Part shown: piece by piece, positions 50,426 to 62,902 of the stretch
How positions within the stretch are numbered: position 1 is the stretch's first letter
How the letters are laid out: every line of letters begins with the position of its first letter
NCBI RefSeq assembly: GCF_032062105.1
Contig: NW_026940645.1
Span: forward strand, 1-64,000
Length of the DNA: 64,000 nt
Direction: 5' to 3'
From: Saccostrea cucullata
Taxonomy: Eukaryota
The notes under the pieces: model-generated
The model's input: only the letters and a program-made list of their open reading frames with translations
The model's database searches: none
Told to the model about the DNA's origin: nothing
Translations under genes and position numbers: made by a program

Positions 50426-51869
50426 GTTTAAGAAATAAACATAAACACTGTATCTGTTTATCATAACACATATTTCTACACGATTTGAATATCAGTTGTG
50501 AGTGCATGGAAAAAAATGATTGCCTCCTATGTGAGACCTAGGCCACACCAATTCAATTTCTTGTTCGCCGAACATTTGATGAAAAAAAAGAGGGAATGGG
50601 CAATGGATTACATAATATACATGTATACATATTTATAAACCAACACCCAAGTACCTGTAAGCCGAACTACTTTCGCTTTTTTAAGTGAACGTCACCGAGT
50701 TCGTGCACGAAGGTCGGGCCTCTCCCGAGACACAAATCATTTATTTGCTTCAATTTTTTTTTACGTATTTCTATGTAAAATCATAATATGAATCTGGTAT
50801 TTTTCCTCTGTTTTATTAAAAGTATTTACAAATTCTCTGTGGATTGGGCCTGTAACGAATTTTCCGATTGACCTGCGTCATTATCACTGTCCTCTGAATC
50901 GGACGATATAAAAGCCCTAAGTTTGGCAACTGGCTCAAACATATACGGACTGATTTTCAAACAGGTCTATCTGGTATTTCACCGTCACTATCCACGGTAT
51001 CGCCAAAACTCGCCATTTCAATGACCTATCTAGCAGTTAAAATCTACGTTCATATGCAGTAAAATTCAACTGATTAAGAGGTACCCATCTCTTACTGCAA
51101 CTCCTGTCTCCTCTTATAGCACTGTGTGAAATTTAATGAAAGGTTCACAGAATCTTTAATACATATTGTTAATGTGCTCTTCATTTTACTTTTTGATCCG
51201 ACACATGTTGGGTTTCCCAGCCACAGTAAAACATGGACTTTGGCATCAGGAGGAGTAGTATTTTGAATGTTTTTCACAGAAATTTCTATTTTTAGTAACA
51301 ATGACAACACAGTTCATTGAAATCAAAAACCGATGCATAGAATTATGTATCTTATAACTAGGCTGAAAGCCGCATTCCATGAAAAATGGAAAAGCTAAAG
51401 TTAAAGAAATAAACAAGAGAGATCCAAAGAAAATTTGAAGATATAAAAAAAGGGATTACTAGTCCATGAGCCACCTGGGGTGGTCGGTACCATTTTGGGT
51501 GAATAAACTTTATAGTGATACTTGGTAAGGTATCCCCCTAACTAGTGAGAAAATGTATGATAGCATCAAATCTGTTGTGGCTTCAATGCTGGAGACAGGG
51601 TTTTTGTCCTTTATTTGCTCAAATTAGGTATTTTGAGCTAAGTATATTTGCACCCTGCAAAGTATTTGTCACGCAGTTGCCAAACGTGATAGAAAGTTCT
51701 AACAGAATTACTCAGAGCTATGATGAACATATTAAAAGAGCATTAACTGAGTTTCTAGCCGTAATTCTTAAAAAAAATTCAAATTTTTACCACTTTTATT
51801 CCTCAATTACATGTACCTCAAAAATTTGTATAGAGAAAAAGATAAGTACCAACGCACAAATCCTAGTTT

Positions 51870-53590
51870 AGTTATTCGTCCGCCGGTGTAGACGATGACC
51901 ACTGTCTCATCTTCATGGGGGAGGGGGATGATCTGGACGGTGGGTGCGGAGGTAACTGGTCAGTCTGATCCTCGCACAAGCAGATGATGGAGTTTTTCGA
52001 CTAGAGCCACGCCCCCTTCTGTGTTAATCTCAGCTGGCCAGGTGCTTTGTCAGTTGACAACATACTAATTGCTTTCTGGATCCCATCCAGTGTGGGAACG
52101 GCATCCAGTGACTGGTTGATGGGAACCTGGGCAGTTTGTTATGGCTTCGTTGTTGATGGTACAAGGGCGGTTCAGAACGCCATTAAAATGTTCCGCCCAC
52201 CTGACGAGTATATTTCCCTTCTCTGTGATGACTGTTAAGCCGTCATCACTGAGGAGCGGGGATGAACCTGATGGCCCTTAGACTTTCCAAAGTCCACAGT
52301 AAAAGTTCTTCCTCGGTCTGTCATGAGATTCGGCGTAGTGTTGGATCTCGTCAGCTTTGGCATTCAGCCAGGAGTCCTGCATATCCCAAAGCTTTTACTG
52401 TACTATGCTGCGAGCGTTCCCCAGAGCGTCTTTTTGGCTCTGGAGGTGGGATCATCTATATGAGCCTTGTAACCGCGATGTTTGTCCTCTAGAAGTGTGT
52501 GATCTCGGTGCCATTCTCATCAAACCAGTCTTTGTGGGTTTTTTTTGGTGGAGGACCCAAGACACTCGAAGGCTGTCTTGTACACTGCATTACAAAATGT
52601 GTTCCGTGCTGCTTCCACGTCGTGGTCATCCAGTACGGTGGAGTTCAGGCGTTCTTCCAGGGTGTCAGCAAAGTACTGAGAGGTGGAAGGCAACTTGAGC
52701 TTACCACCGTTGAGACGTTTGAAGCCTCAGTCTCCTGAGGACGTATCCTGAGTTTGATCTGGAAGTTGAGAGGTGAAGTTTAGAGGCTATGAGACGGTGA
52801 TCTATCCAGCACTCCGTGCCGCACATAGCTTCGGTGAACAAACGAACTGTCTGTCTGTCTCTCTTTTAGACAATGACGTAGTCCTGATCCTTGTTTCTCC
52901 TTGTTCTCTTTGTTATTTCGACCGCATGTGTAGGGTCCCCATCAGCCGCGGTAAACTGGCTAGAAAAGGGTGGAGCAGGCAACGTTTGGGATACCTTTTA
53001 TAATTCGATCCCCTTGCCATGGAAGTGAGCAGTGCGTTCCTAAAGAAGGCTGCTCAGTAGCACAGGTGGCTGCCAAACTCAAACGCTGATCTGGTTGGTG
53101 AAGAGCGCCACAGGGCTTTGGGGTGGATGATAGAAGGGATGGAAGATGATCATTGACTTGCGCTATGAGTTTGATTAAAATGAAGAAGGGTAACGCGTCG
53201 CTGACCTCACTCTCTCGCCCGCAACCATCTAGATCCAGTTGCAAGACAGATGTCAGGACGTCTGGAGATGAAGACATATGCAGCGGATGACTAAGACGTG
53301 CTATATGTGCCTTGCCTTACTCCAAGCATTCCACGGTGCTTGCTTTGTCAGCCTTCTTTCCCGTTGAACAATGTCGGTTTCCTCCGCAGAGTCGTCTTTA
53401 TATGCGTTATAGGTAGGCAAGCCCTCAATCAACAGGGTTTGAGACCCGTCAGTGCTTTGTGTAGAGAGTGTTCTCCTAAAGGAATCTCCCTTAAGAGTGT
53501 ACGGGTTCCCCCTACCCGGACTAGTGGAGGGAAGGAGCGTCAGGACACTGCAGGTCGAGAAACACAGCCCACTGCCCATAAAGCACATAT
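51870..53590 (-). mobile_element. RTE-clade LINE remnant (5' UTR, endonuclease end, linker, 3' tail; RT deleted)
   Basis: GC-richer block; minus strand DYVIV...AMCGTECWIDHRLIASKL, DWFDEN, RWAEHF motifs; 3' end 'ggtcatcgtctacaccggcggacgaa'. Confidence 0.75.
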
Positions 53591-54329
53591 ATGATTGTGT
53601 ACATATTTGCTTTTTTTAGATGTTAAAAATATATCATATATTACACGTTTAGCTTAGATGAACATATAACTGTTCATTACCACCATGGTTTAGCCTGAGA
53701 TTAAATAAATAAACATTTTAGGTAAAGGTTCTACTTGAGATCTGACATATTCACAATATCTTTGTTAAATAAATAAAGAATATATGCACAGGGTAAATCA
53801 AGGTATTTTCCTTCAATTTTAATTTTTTAGGATAGGGATAAAAATTTACTATGAAATAAATTTATATATATTTGTTACTGAAATAATGTTTTGAAATGTT
53901 AATACGTGATAAAAATTCTTTAAATAAAATGAACATGCAATATGTTTTGGGTGTTAAAATTGTCACAGTAGTAAATTCTTTCCTTTGATCAAAATTTCAA
54001 ATTGCGTATTCCACTTTCATGATCAAGGGTAGAATTATATTCATATATAATTAAGACGGCTCATTACAGATCCAATTTTGAATAATAACTGAACAGGGTA
54101 ATAGCATGGTCTGTATTCAAAAGAATTTTCAGGAAAATGCCATTTGAAATAAGATGGAAATTGCGTATTGAAAATCCAACCTTCTTCTTTCAAAGACACA
54201 TCTTAGAGAACGACCAAGTTGGGTTGGTGTTGTACACCATTAAAGCCACAATCAATTGAATGCTATCATACCTTTTCTGAAGGTAGAGATGTATGTCCAT
54301 CAAAATTTAACTATGAAAATTATTCACCC

Positions 54330-54745
54330 GAGATGGTACCGATACCGAAAAATTCATGGCCTGGCTCATGGACTATACCTACTATTAGGTACTTGCTGTC
54401 ATTTTGTCGGCTATTAAGTCTCTCCTGTGAACACGGACATCTAGAGGATCGTCTTCTATGTGAAGTACCCTTTCTTCGAAATCATGGTGATGAATCCATG
54501 ATACTGCAGCTGAGAAAATCTGAAACTCGAAGCTGACATTGTTATTCTCAGCAGACAATATAACATGAAGGGTGTCTAGGTCAAGTTTAAAAAACTCCAG
54601 AAACTATTTGACTTCCAGGAAATTGTTGATAATTTTTCCGAGAATCAAGTCACACATTCAAACTTTTAATTTTGCCATAGTTGGCAACAATCAAAGCAAG
54701 TCTTCATATTTCAGTTGTTCAATCTTTCTTAGACATAATGTTCTT
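54330..54745 (-). pseudogene. BTB-BACK (kelch-like) gene fragment, disrupted
   Basis: Minus strand NNFLEVK.FLEF / KLDLDTLHVILSAENNNVSFEFQIFSAAVSWIHHHDFEER...DVR resembles the BACK domain; stops and frameshifts present. Confidence 0.5.
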
Positions 54746-55135
54746 CTTCTTCTTATTTTTTTTTATTAATTTATAAAATCATATATAGTTTCTATGCGCT
54801 GTACAATGGTTTGGCTTTCATTTAAAAACAATATTTCAATAAAACCTATAAACTTGTTATGGAAAGTAAATAATCGGTAAAACAAAGAAGGACCTTATAT
54901 AAAACATGGTAGTAAGATGAAATTGGTTAACGTAGACAGGGCAAAATAAAATGAAAATAAAAACTGTTATGTACACAGGAAAGTACTTCTGAAGTTGATC
55001 TTACGGGAGGTTACACATGGAGTCCTAGATGTTATGCTGGAATTTTACATTAATAGGTTATATTCACGCTTGAACAAGAGTGTTTTTAGGTTCTTGCGGA
55101 ATACTCCATGTGCTTGAAGCTCTCGTAGTTCTAAA

Positions 55136-55613
55136 CAGGTCCAGTCCAAAGACTATTTTTACCTACGTAGGTATTAATAGCTACCTAGGTATTTAAAGCT
55201 ACCCAAAGTAGCTATTTTTACCTACTTTCTGCTTTACTTGCATTTTGTGCCCAAATGCAGGAACGGCGCAACATGGTGAGCACAATATTTCTTGATACAG
55301 TCACACTGATGATGAATATGACAAAAATTTGGCCAAAAAATGAAAACTTCGTATATTACCAATTTTGCATATAAACTAATGTAAAATTGCCGATTCAGGA
55401 AGTAATAATTTTTTGGCCAAAATTTTTTCGTATTCATCATTAGTGTGACCGTATCAAAAAATATGGTATTCACCATGTTGCGCCGTTTGGTCTTTTGGTC
55501 GCAAAATGCAGAAATTATATAAAGTAGGTAAAAATAGCTACTTTTGGTAGCTTTAAATACCTAGGTAGCTATTAATAGCTACGTAGGTAGAAATAGTCTT
55601 TGGACTGGACCTG
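55136..55613. mobile_element. Foldback MITE (near-complete palindrome) with 5-bp TSD CTAAA
   Basis: ctaaa|caggtccagtccaaagactattt ... aaatagtctttggactggacctg|ctaaa; arms pair over roughly 200 bp. Confidence 0.92.
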
Positions 55614-55699
55614 CTAAAGGCAGGTTGTTCCTCAGTTGTGCGCCTAATGTGCTTATGGCTCATGCACCACATTTGTTTGATGATTTCTTTACACTACTA

Positions 55700-55937
55700 A
55701 GTCAAAAACGTGCTGACATTCCCATTTTTTACTGACAAACTTAGAAAATTACTGACAATGTGCTGTCGTTACTGTAAAACTTAGACAATTACTGACCTTT
55801 TTATTGTCGGTACTGATAAACTTAGAAAAATGCTGACAATCTTAGTCGGTGCTGATAAACTTAGACAATTACTGACCCGTTTACTGTCCCTGCTGAAAAA
55901 CTTAGACAAGTGCTGACATTTACTGATAATTACTGTC
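55700..55937. repeat. Degenerate ~40-bp tandem repeat (ctgataaacttagacaattactgac...)
   Basis: 'aaacttaga.aa' recurs at ~55737, 55777, 55818, 55857, 55898. Confidence 0.8.
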
Positions 55938-56889
55938 CCTATTGTTCTCGCTCTCGGGGAGGCTGCAGTGGTGTGAAATTGATTTTTTTTAACATAGATT
56001 ATTATTTCATTGATTTGTTTTTTCATATAAGTTTTAACTATGTCCAGATGATATCTTGGGAAAAAAAGCTTCTTTGATCTATTATAGAAAATTGATTTGT
56101 AAAAAAATATTTTCAAGAGAAGGGATAAACTTTCAAAATCTTCAAATAGATAAGTAATTGAAAAAAAAATAAATATCTTCCTTTAGTAGTGAGATATGAA
56201 ATTTTACAGAGGTCTTTTCCTTTTTATAATAAAACAATGTTATTACATGACATGCATTTTATAATATTTTCTTAATTAACATTGACTCCCTGACTTTCTT
56301 TAATATTAATTAAAAGAATTAAACTGTTAGTTTAGATGTGTTTTATTTAATTTTAATTTAATTTATTCAAATTAGTTTGAATAATTTTAATAAACTCATA
56401 GCGCGCGGTGAGGCCGTGGGTGCCCCCTTTTCAGAAAAGGCGTTTGTTATAGTTTTCATATTATGTAAAATTTTTAATTATGTGGATGTTGCCCATATTT
56501 GTTTTTGTGCAGTCAAACATACTCGAATCCAAGCATTCGCAAGAAAAAAACAAAATTAAAAGACAGACGGGGGATTTAAATAAAAACAAGCTAATTCAGA
56601 GAATTTGTGTCCCCCGCTTAGGGAAAAAGTCGGCTCCCCCTGACTGAATTTGTAGAATTATTAAATGTATACATGTATACTGAAGCAAATAAAACACATG
56701 TATGTCAATATGCGTATAGAGATTTGATTGCTTATTCTTCATTATGTGTATAGAAGATTTTTTTATATGGAATTTTTATCACACTGTAATGATGATTTTA
56801 TAATCTCATAATTTTTTCTTTTCACATGCTGAATACTATCATTTAGTAAAAAAAAAAAAAAGAAAAAAAGCATTTAAAAAAAAAAGACA

Positions 56890-56961
56890 GGTTCGACCGA
56901 GATTCGTTCCCGGGATCTTTCACACTTGAAGCGAGAGACATAACCACTAGACCACGGAAAC
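56890..56961 (-). pseudogene. tRNA-Val-like pseudogene or tRNA-derived element
   Basis: gtttccgtggtctagtggttatgtctctcgcttcaagtgtgaaagatcccgggaacgaatctcggtcgaacc followed by a T run; T-loop and anticodon are non-canonical. Confidence 0.55.
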
Positions 56962-57204
56962 GCTGTACGTTACGTGAAGTATTTGCAGAAGTGAAGTCAC
57001 ATACATGTATATATTCATGTTTTCATGTTCGGTATTCTCAAAATTTTACACAATCCATGGTGTTTGATTTATTTAGCCTTTATTAAACAGTTCTAATAGA
57101 TGTAATAAGAACATAAAGTCCGCCGAGAACCTGTTTTATACGCAATAACTCTCCTTCATGCCCCTGCGCTAAAAATAGCGACATGTAAAACTATAAATAC
57201 TAAT

Positions 57205-57705
57205 AAAACAAACGGGGCGGGGCACTTTGAGAGGGGCAAGAGACGTCCTAGGGAGTTTTGATATAAAATTACATTGCATAAGCTCAAAATCTTCTTGAAA
57301 TATCGTCCGGAAATAATAGTATTACACACAGACAGAATGTATATATTTACGACCTTGAACTTTGACCTTTTGACCTCAAATTCAATAGGGGTCTTCATTA
57401 GGCCACAGGGAGTTGCTATGTAAAATTTCATTGCAATAGCTCAAATGTAGAGATATCGTGTGGAAACGAAAGTGTTTTAACAGACAAAATTTGCTTATTT
57501 ATGACCTTGACCTTTGACCCTTTGACCTCAAAATCAATAGGGGTCTTCTTTAATCCACAGGGAGTTGCTATGCTAAATTTCATTGCAAAAGCTCAAAGGG
57601 TTCTCGAGATATCGTGTGGAAACGAAAGCGTTACAGACAGACAGAAAGACGGACTTACGGACAAACCTAAATTGATATCCCCCACTTTTCAAGCGGGGGA
57701 CAAAA
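57205..57705 (-). mobile_element. Helentron/HINE element with two ~150-bp monomers
   Basis: 'gaccttga.ctttgacc.tttgacctcaaa.tcaataggggtcttc' x2; (GACA/GACG)n; terminal hairpin 'tcccccacttttcaagcggggga'. Confidence 0.8.
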
Positions 57706-58824
57706 AGAAAGACTTTTTATTTTATTCATTGGGCAGGGGTAGGGGAGCTACGGGCCTGCATTGATCATTGATCCTTTGACATTCATTGATTTAGTTACTG
57801 TATGCATTATTCTTTTGAAATAATGTACATCTTTTAGCGGATTTTCGAATCTGGATTTTCTGTAATCCCATCTGAAAATGTTATTTTAATTCAAATACAT
57901 GAAAAACTATGACATTTTATATTATAATCTTTTGTCTATGCATACTCCTGCAACAAAACTTTGATAGAAATTAATATCAATATTCTTTTTAATTAGAGTG
58001 TCGGTAGACATTCACATTGAACTAGTTTCTTTTTATGTTTTCAAATTAAAATGGGGGGGGGGGGGGGGGCACGTGCGAACTAAATGAAGAACGATGAACA
58101 TGTATTTATTTATTTATTTTAATAAAGTATAACACATAATTAATACTGTCGTGTTTAAGTTTGTACTCCTTTTTATCTGTTTAGGTACAAAAAAATTAAT
58201 AAATTTAATTAACTTAATAAATCGACGTTTCATAGCTTTGTTCGGTATTGAAACCAGAATCATGATTTTACAAAAACACTCTGCTTTTTATTCGTCCAAA
58301 ATAATTCAAGTCGTTTAGCTGGTATCCAGCCAAATTACAGAATCATTCAACATACAATCGGAAACTCTGTGAAGCATCTGTGTGTAGAAGAAATCGCCTG
58401 AGGCTATCCGAGTGTGTACGGTAGCGGGTAAAGAAGACAATAGGTGTCACTGCTGTATTATACAGAAGAACACTCGCCGGATTTCACTGGAAGTTAGTTA
58501 GTTACGCAACATTACGGCGACAGGTAGACTCTTCTTCAAGACAGTTTGAATTTGAGAAATTCAACACCAACACATACGTAATATAAATATGCAATCTACA
58601 ATCCTTCAACCTCTTCTTAGATTAAATAAATATAATTTTTTGAATATACCGAAGTAAAATAAAATTAACGACTAATGAAAAAGAAGATTGATGTAAAAAC
58701 CAACCGGGAAAAGGCATAAATTGTTTAAAGATTTAAGCAAAAATAAATATATGAGAAAGGGTACATTACACCCAAAGTGTTGTAAAAATTACTTGTTCCT
58801 TATATTTTTGTTAAGTCGTGTTAG

Positions 58825-59448
58825 CAGTCTAGTCGAACCCTCAAACGAGGGTATACCCTCAAACGAGGGTTTTCCTTCCCTAAATGCAACGCTCGAAAGC
58901 AGAAGAACGATAACTCTTCTTATTTAAAAAATAAATATTTTTTTTAAAAATCATAAACATACAAAAATGAATTGTCTACACCTTTATTTTCAATTTAAAA
59001 AAAATTATAAAATTGTTTTCGTCTTTATTTACGTCATTTCTGAGGCACAAAAGTTTGTTTACAGGACAGAGGAAATTCGAACATGCACAAAGAAAGTGTC
59101 GAAAAATAATAAATAACACGCTAATTACAAAGGATTTTTAATACGAGGGAAGGGGATTATATGTAGTTCAACTTTAAACAAGCAATTGTTTGTTTATTCA
59201 CCCGTTTTATTAAGTTATGAATAAAAAATCTCGCATGGAGGTCAAGGCACAAAATACGCTAACTTTGGGGGAGAAAAAGTCTCGATTTTTACGAAATAAT
59301 CCATCACTTTGCACGAGCATATTTTGTGAACCACACGTTTTTCCGTGAAAACGGAACTTTTTGAGTTTCTGCGCATGCGCCGTACCCCCGTTTGAAGGTA
59401 CGGATATCCAACATCCGTAAACCCCCGTTTGACGGTTCGACTAGACTG
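58825..59448. mobile_element. TIR element with 5-bp flanks GTTAG
   Basis: gttag|cagtctagtcgaaccctcaaacg ... cgtttgacggttcgactagactg|gttag; duplicated subterminal motif at each end. Confidence 0.8.
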
Positions 59449-59603
59449 GTTAGTGAGTATGTGGGACAGTGGAGTGAGGAATTTGTTTGATTATCAATCA
59501 AATAAAAATAGTTCATAGTATATTTCCTTAACTTTTTATCAGTAATTAAGAATAATTAAATATCAAACACAATTTACAGACCCTAAACCGTGCTACTACA
59601 CCA

Positions 59604-59845
59604 CTTGCACGATACGGTTCGGTACGCTTTGTGCACGGAAAGGTACGCTTTGTGAACGGAACGGTTCGTTTTGAGAACGGTACGGTACGCTTTGTGCACG
59701 GAACGGTTCGCTTTGTGCACGGAACGGTACGCTTTGTGCACGGAACGGTTCGCTTTGTGCACGGAACGGTACGCTTTGTGGACGGTACGTTTCGTTTCTT
59801 GCACGGAACGGTTCGTTTTGAGAACGGTACGCTTTGAGAAACGGT
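59604..59845. repeat. ~21-bp minisatellite (gtgcacggaacggtacgcttt)
   Basis: Directly visible; source of the TVRFVHG/TERYALC ORFs. Confidence 0.95.
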
Positions 59846-62667
59846 ATGCAAATGAAGTGGGCGGAGCCTGTTAGCTTTAATTCTTGATTGGCTGCTAAAA
59901 ATTTATTCATTTTAAATGACTTTTGAAGTACTTAATGCATGTATATAATTACAGCTATTAACAAATTAATTTCTCGGTTTCAATTTAAACATTTTACACT
60001 ACAGCGGTGATGGAGGAAAAATGAAAAAAAAATGAAAGGAAGAAAAAACAGCATCCCACCGATGTCTTTTGCATTATGTATAGATATGTATTAATATTAT
60101 ATAGAATTCGTAAATATTTCCGTATTTAATTTTTACGTATGCTGACCCTTCATTTGAAAAAGGAAAAAAAAATGAATGAAATATTTTTTCACTTTAAAAT
60201 AAAGTTGTAACATAATTAAGAGGAATTAAAATAAACTGGGTATATACTTGTTCTAAACATATAACCCTATGCACATATATAGATTATTTTTAATTGATTG
60301 ATCTGTAGAAATAAATATGACTATTCCTCCTTCATTTTTATTCCTAGTAATTAGATATGTAAATTGTTTTTTTTTTTAATTGTATAGATCTATCGCTTAA
60401 ACGTTTGCTTCAGAAGAGAAATACCAGTAAACAAAATAAATACAAAAATCAACAGCAGACACACGAAATTAATACAATAACTTCCGAGCGCTCTCTCGTA
60501 ACAAAAAACATTCTTTTCACAGACAAGTATTTATGTTTTCAATAATCCTTTCAGTGTATGAAGTAATTATTTTTAGAAGTTTTTCTTTATTTTATTAAGT
60601 TATTCTATTCTTGTTAAGTCTGTAAAAACAATGTCGTGAGAGAGAGAGAGAGAGATGCAAACCCTTAATACATGTACATTATCTGTAAAAAAAAAAACAA
60701 AAAAAACTTGTATTTATTCTCATTCTAATCTTCGTTTTATTTACATTGCCAAAGTCACAATTAATCAGTCTACGATGCTATTTAATCAACCCATTTACAA
60801 CTATTGTGCAATGAATAATCTGTTCTCTGTACATGCATGCTGCCGCATGAAATCCTTATGCATCACCTGTCAATCAAAATGGCATGACGCTAGGTGACCC
60901 TGAAAGTCTGTTTACGCAGGAAGAACTCCTGTGATTTGAAACATTCTTTTGGTCAGTTCATAGTTCACACCTGTCTAAAAAAATATTGGGTCACAACCAG
61001 AGAGACGGGTGAGGGGGCGTGTGTTTAACACACCTTTCAAATTATTTAGTTCTGACCACATCAAGTGTATTAAATCACTCAACAGACATCCAGCAAACTC
61101 ATCTTCCAGGTTTCACAACAACACTGATTAAAAATTTACTTCCTAAATTATCCCTTTTCAGACAAAAATAATTAAGCATGTATCCCTGAATTATAATTTT
61201 CTTTAAAAAAGCACAATTTAAAGCCACATAAATTCGCATAAGTATCGCCTTCTAGAGGGGGGGGGGGGGGGTAACAAACATAATATCTCTTGAAAGAGGA
61301 TTGATATATATTTTTTAAATTTCATTTTATTTAGTAAATTATCTTTTTTCAGACACTTATAAAAATGTTTCCTGTAGATTATGATTAATTTTAATTTACA
61401 ACAACGTACCATTTTGCAGACTTTTAAAGAACTTTTAACCAGCTAGCTAATTCGTATTGCTTTCTAGAAAGGGGATGGGGGTACAGTGTAACAAACCTTA
61501 TAATATCTTCATTTTTCGCAAACTGTTTTTTTTTCCATTTTTTATAAGATGTATTTCAGAATGAAGTAATATTTATACTGCAGTTTGCACATTTTATTTG
61601 CAAGAAATTCGGCTGGCGATTTTTGTATGCAGTGTGAAAGTTAATCACAGTTTTATTAGTAAGATTATTATCTCTGTCTGTTCAGTAGAATTCTTCATGT
61701 TTACCGCATGTAATATTTTAATCCATATTTTACATGATTACAGATTTTCAGTGCAAGTATAACTGCACCAATGATTCCCCTATAGTAAGAATCTTATCAG
61801 AATTAATGTGAGAGTCTAATACGGATCTTCTTTAAATTTGACAGTTTATATATGTTTTAAAATTCTTACAAAATAATTCATTAGTAAAATCACACATCTG
61901 ATATGTACTACATATGAATGCATACTTACGACAAAAACGATCTTGTATCCGATAAGATTTAAATTAATAATTTAAATGAGCAGAATTAAAATCAAAAGTA
62001 GAGACAACCAGGAAATTAATTCATGAGAGCGTGTTCTATCTTAGTGGTATTAAAGTCTATTGAAATTTTTTTTATGTCAAATACAATTATAGGATTATGA
62101 AACATGAATTAATGTACATGTGCACATTTAAGGCGGGGTTTTTTCCCCGGGCACGAGCACAATTATATTGAATTTTGGGGCATCTTATAATATTAGTTTA
62201 AATATCTGTATTGTTAAATTACGAATATTTAAATACAGCTACATGTGTAATATTCCGAAAGGAAATTGATTTAATTTGCTAAAACTTGTAGTATGAAAAT
62301 GAAAGACTTCAAAGACGCCGACATTGTTCGAGGTCCAATGTGCCCCGTACGTGTTTTGCGGGAAAAGCTCGTGGCCTGTACTGTACCTTTGACCACAAAC
62401 ACAACCAGTTGATTTAATTTATAGCAGATAAGGAATCGTCTCACACTCTGTCTAGTTGTTTTGCAGTTGTAGTTTACTTCGAGTAGTTTCCTTATTTTTA
62501 CAGTTGAAGATCCAGACGCATGATACTTGATAATGGTGTTTCGAAAAGGCAGACACAATCTCCGTCCTCCTTTCACAGGCGCCGTAGCGAGAAAAAAACC
62601 AAAATGACTTATTTGGTCATTATACGATTCAAAAATCATGGGGGGCGTGGTTTGCATAATTAACCAA

Positions 62668-62902
62668 AGAACGGTACGGTTCGTTTCTTGCACGGAACGG
62701 TACGCTTTGTGGACGGTACGGTACGCTCTGTTCACGGAACGGTTCGCTTTGTGGACGGTACGGTACGCTTTGTGCTCGGAACGGTTCGCTTTGTGCACGG
62801 AACGGTACGCTTTGTTCACGGAACGGTTCGCTTTGTGGACGGTACGGTACGCTTTGTGCACGGTACGGTACGCTTTCTGCACGGAACGGTACGGTTCGTT
62901 TC
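62668..62902. repeat. ~21-bp minisatellite, same family and same orientation as 59604-59845
   Basis: Directly visible. Confidence 0.95.

Noticed and set aside
52047-53003. Plus-strand ORFs over the GC-richer block
   Set aside because: Antisense shadows of the RTE LINE remnant.
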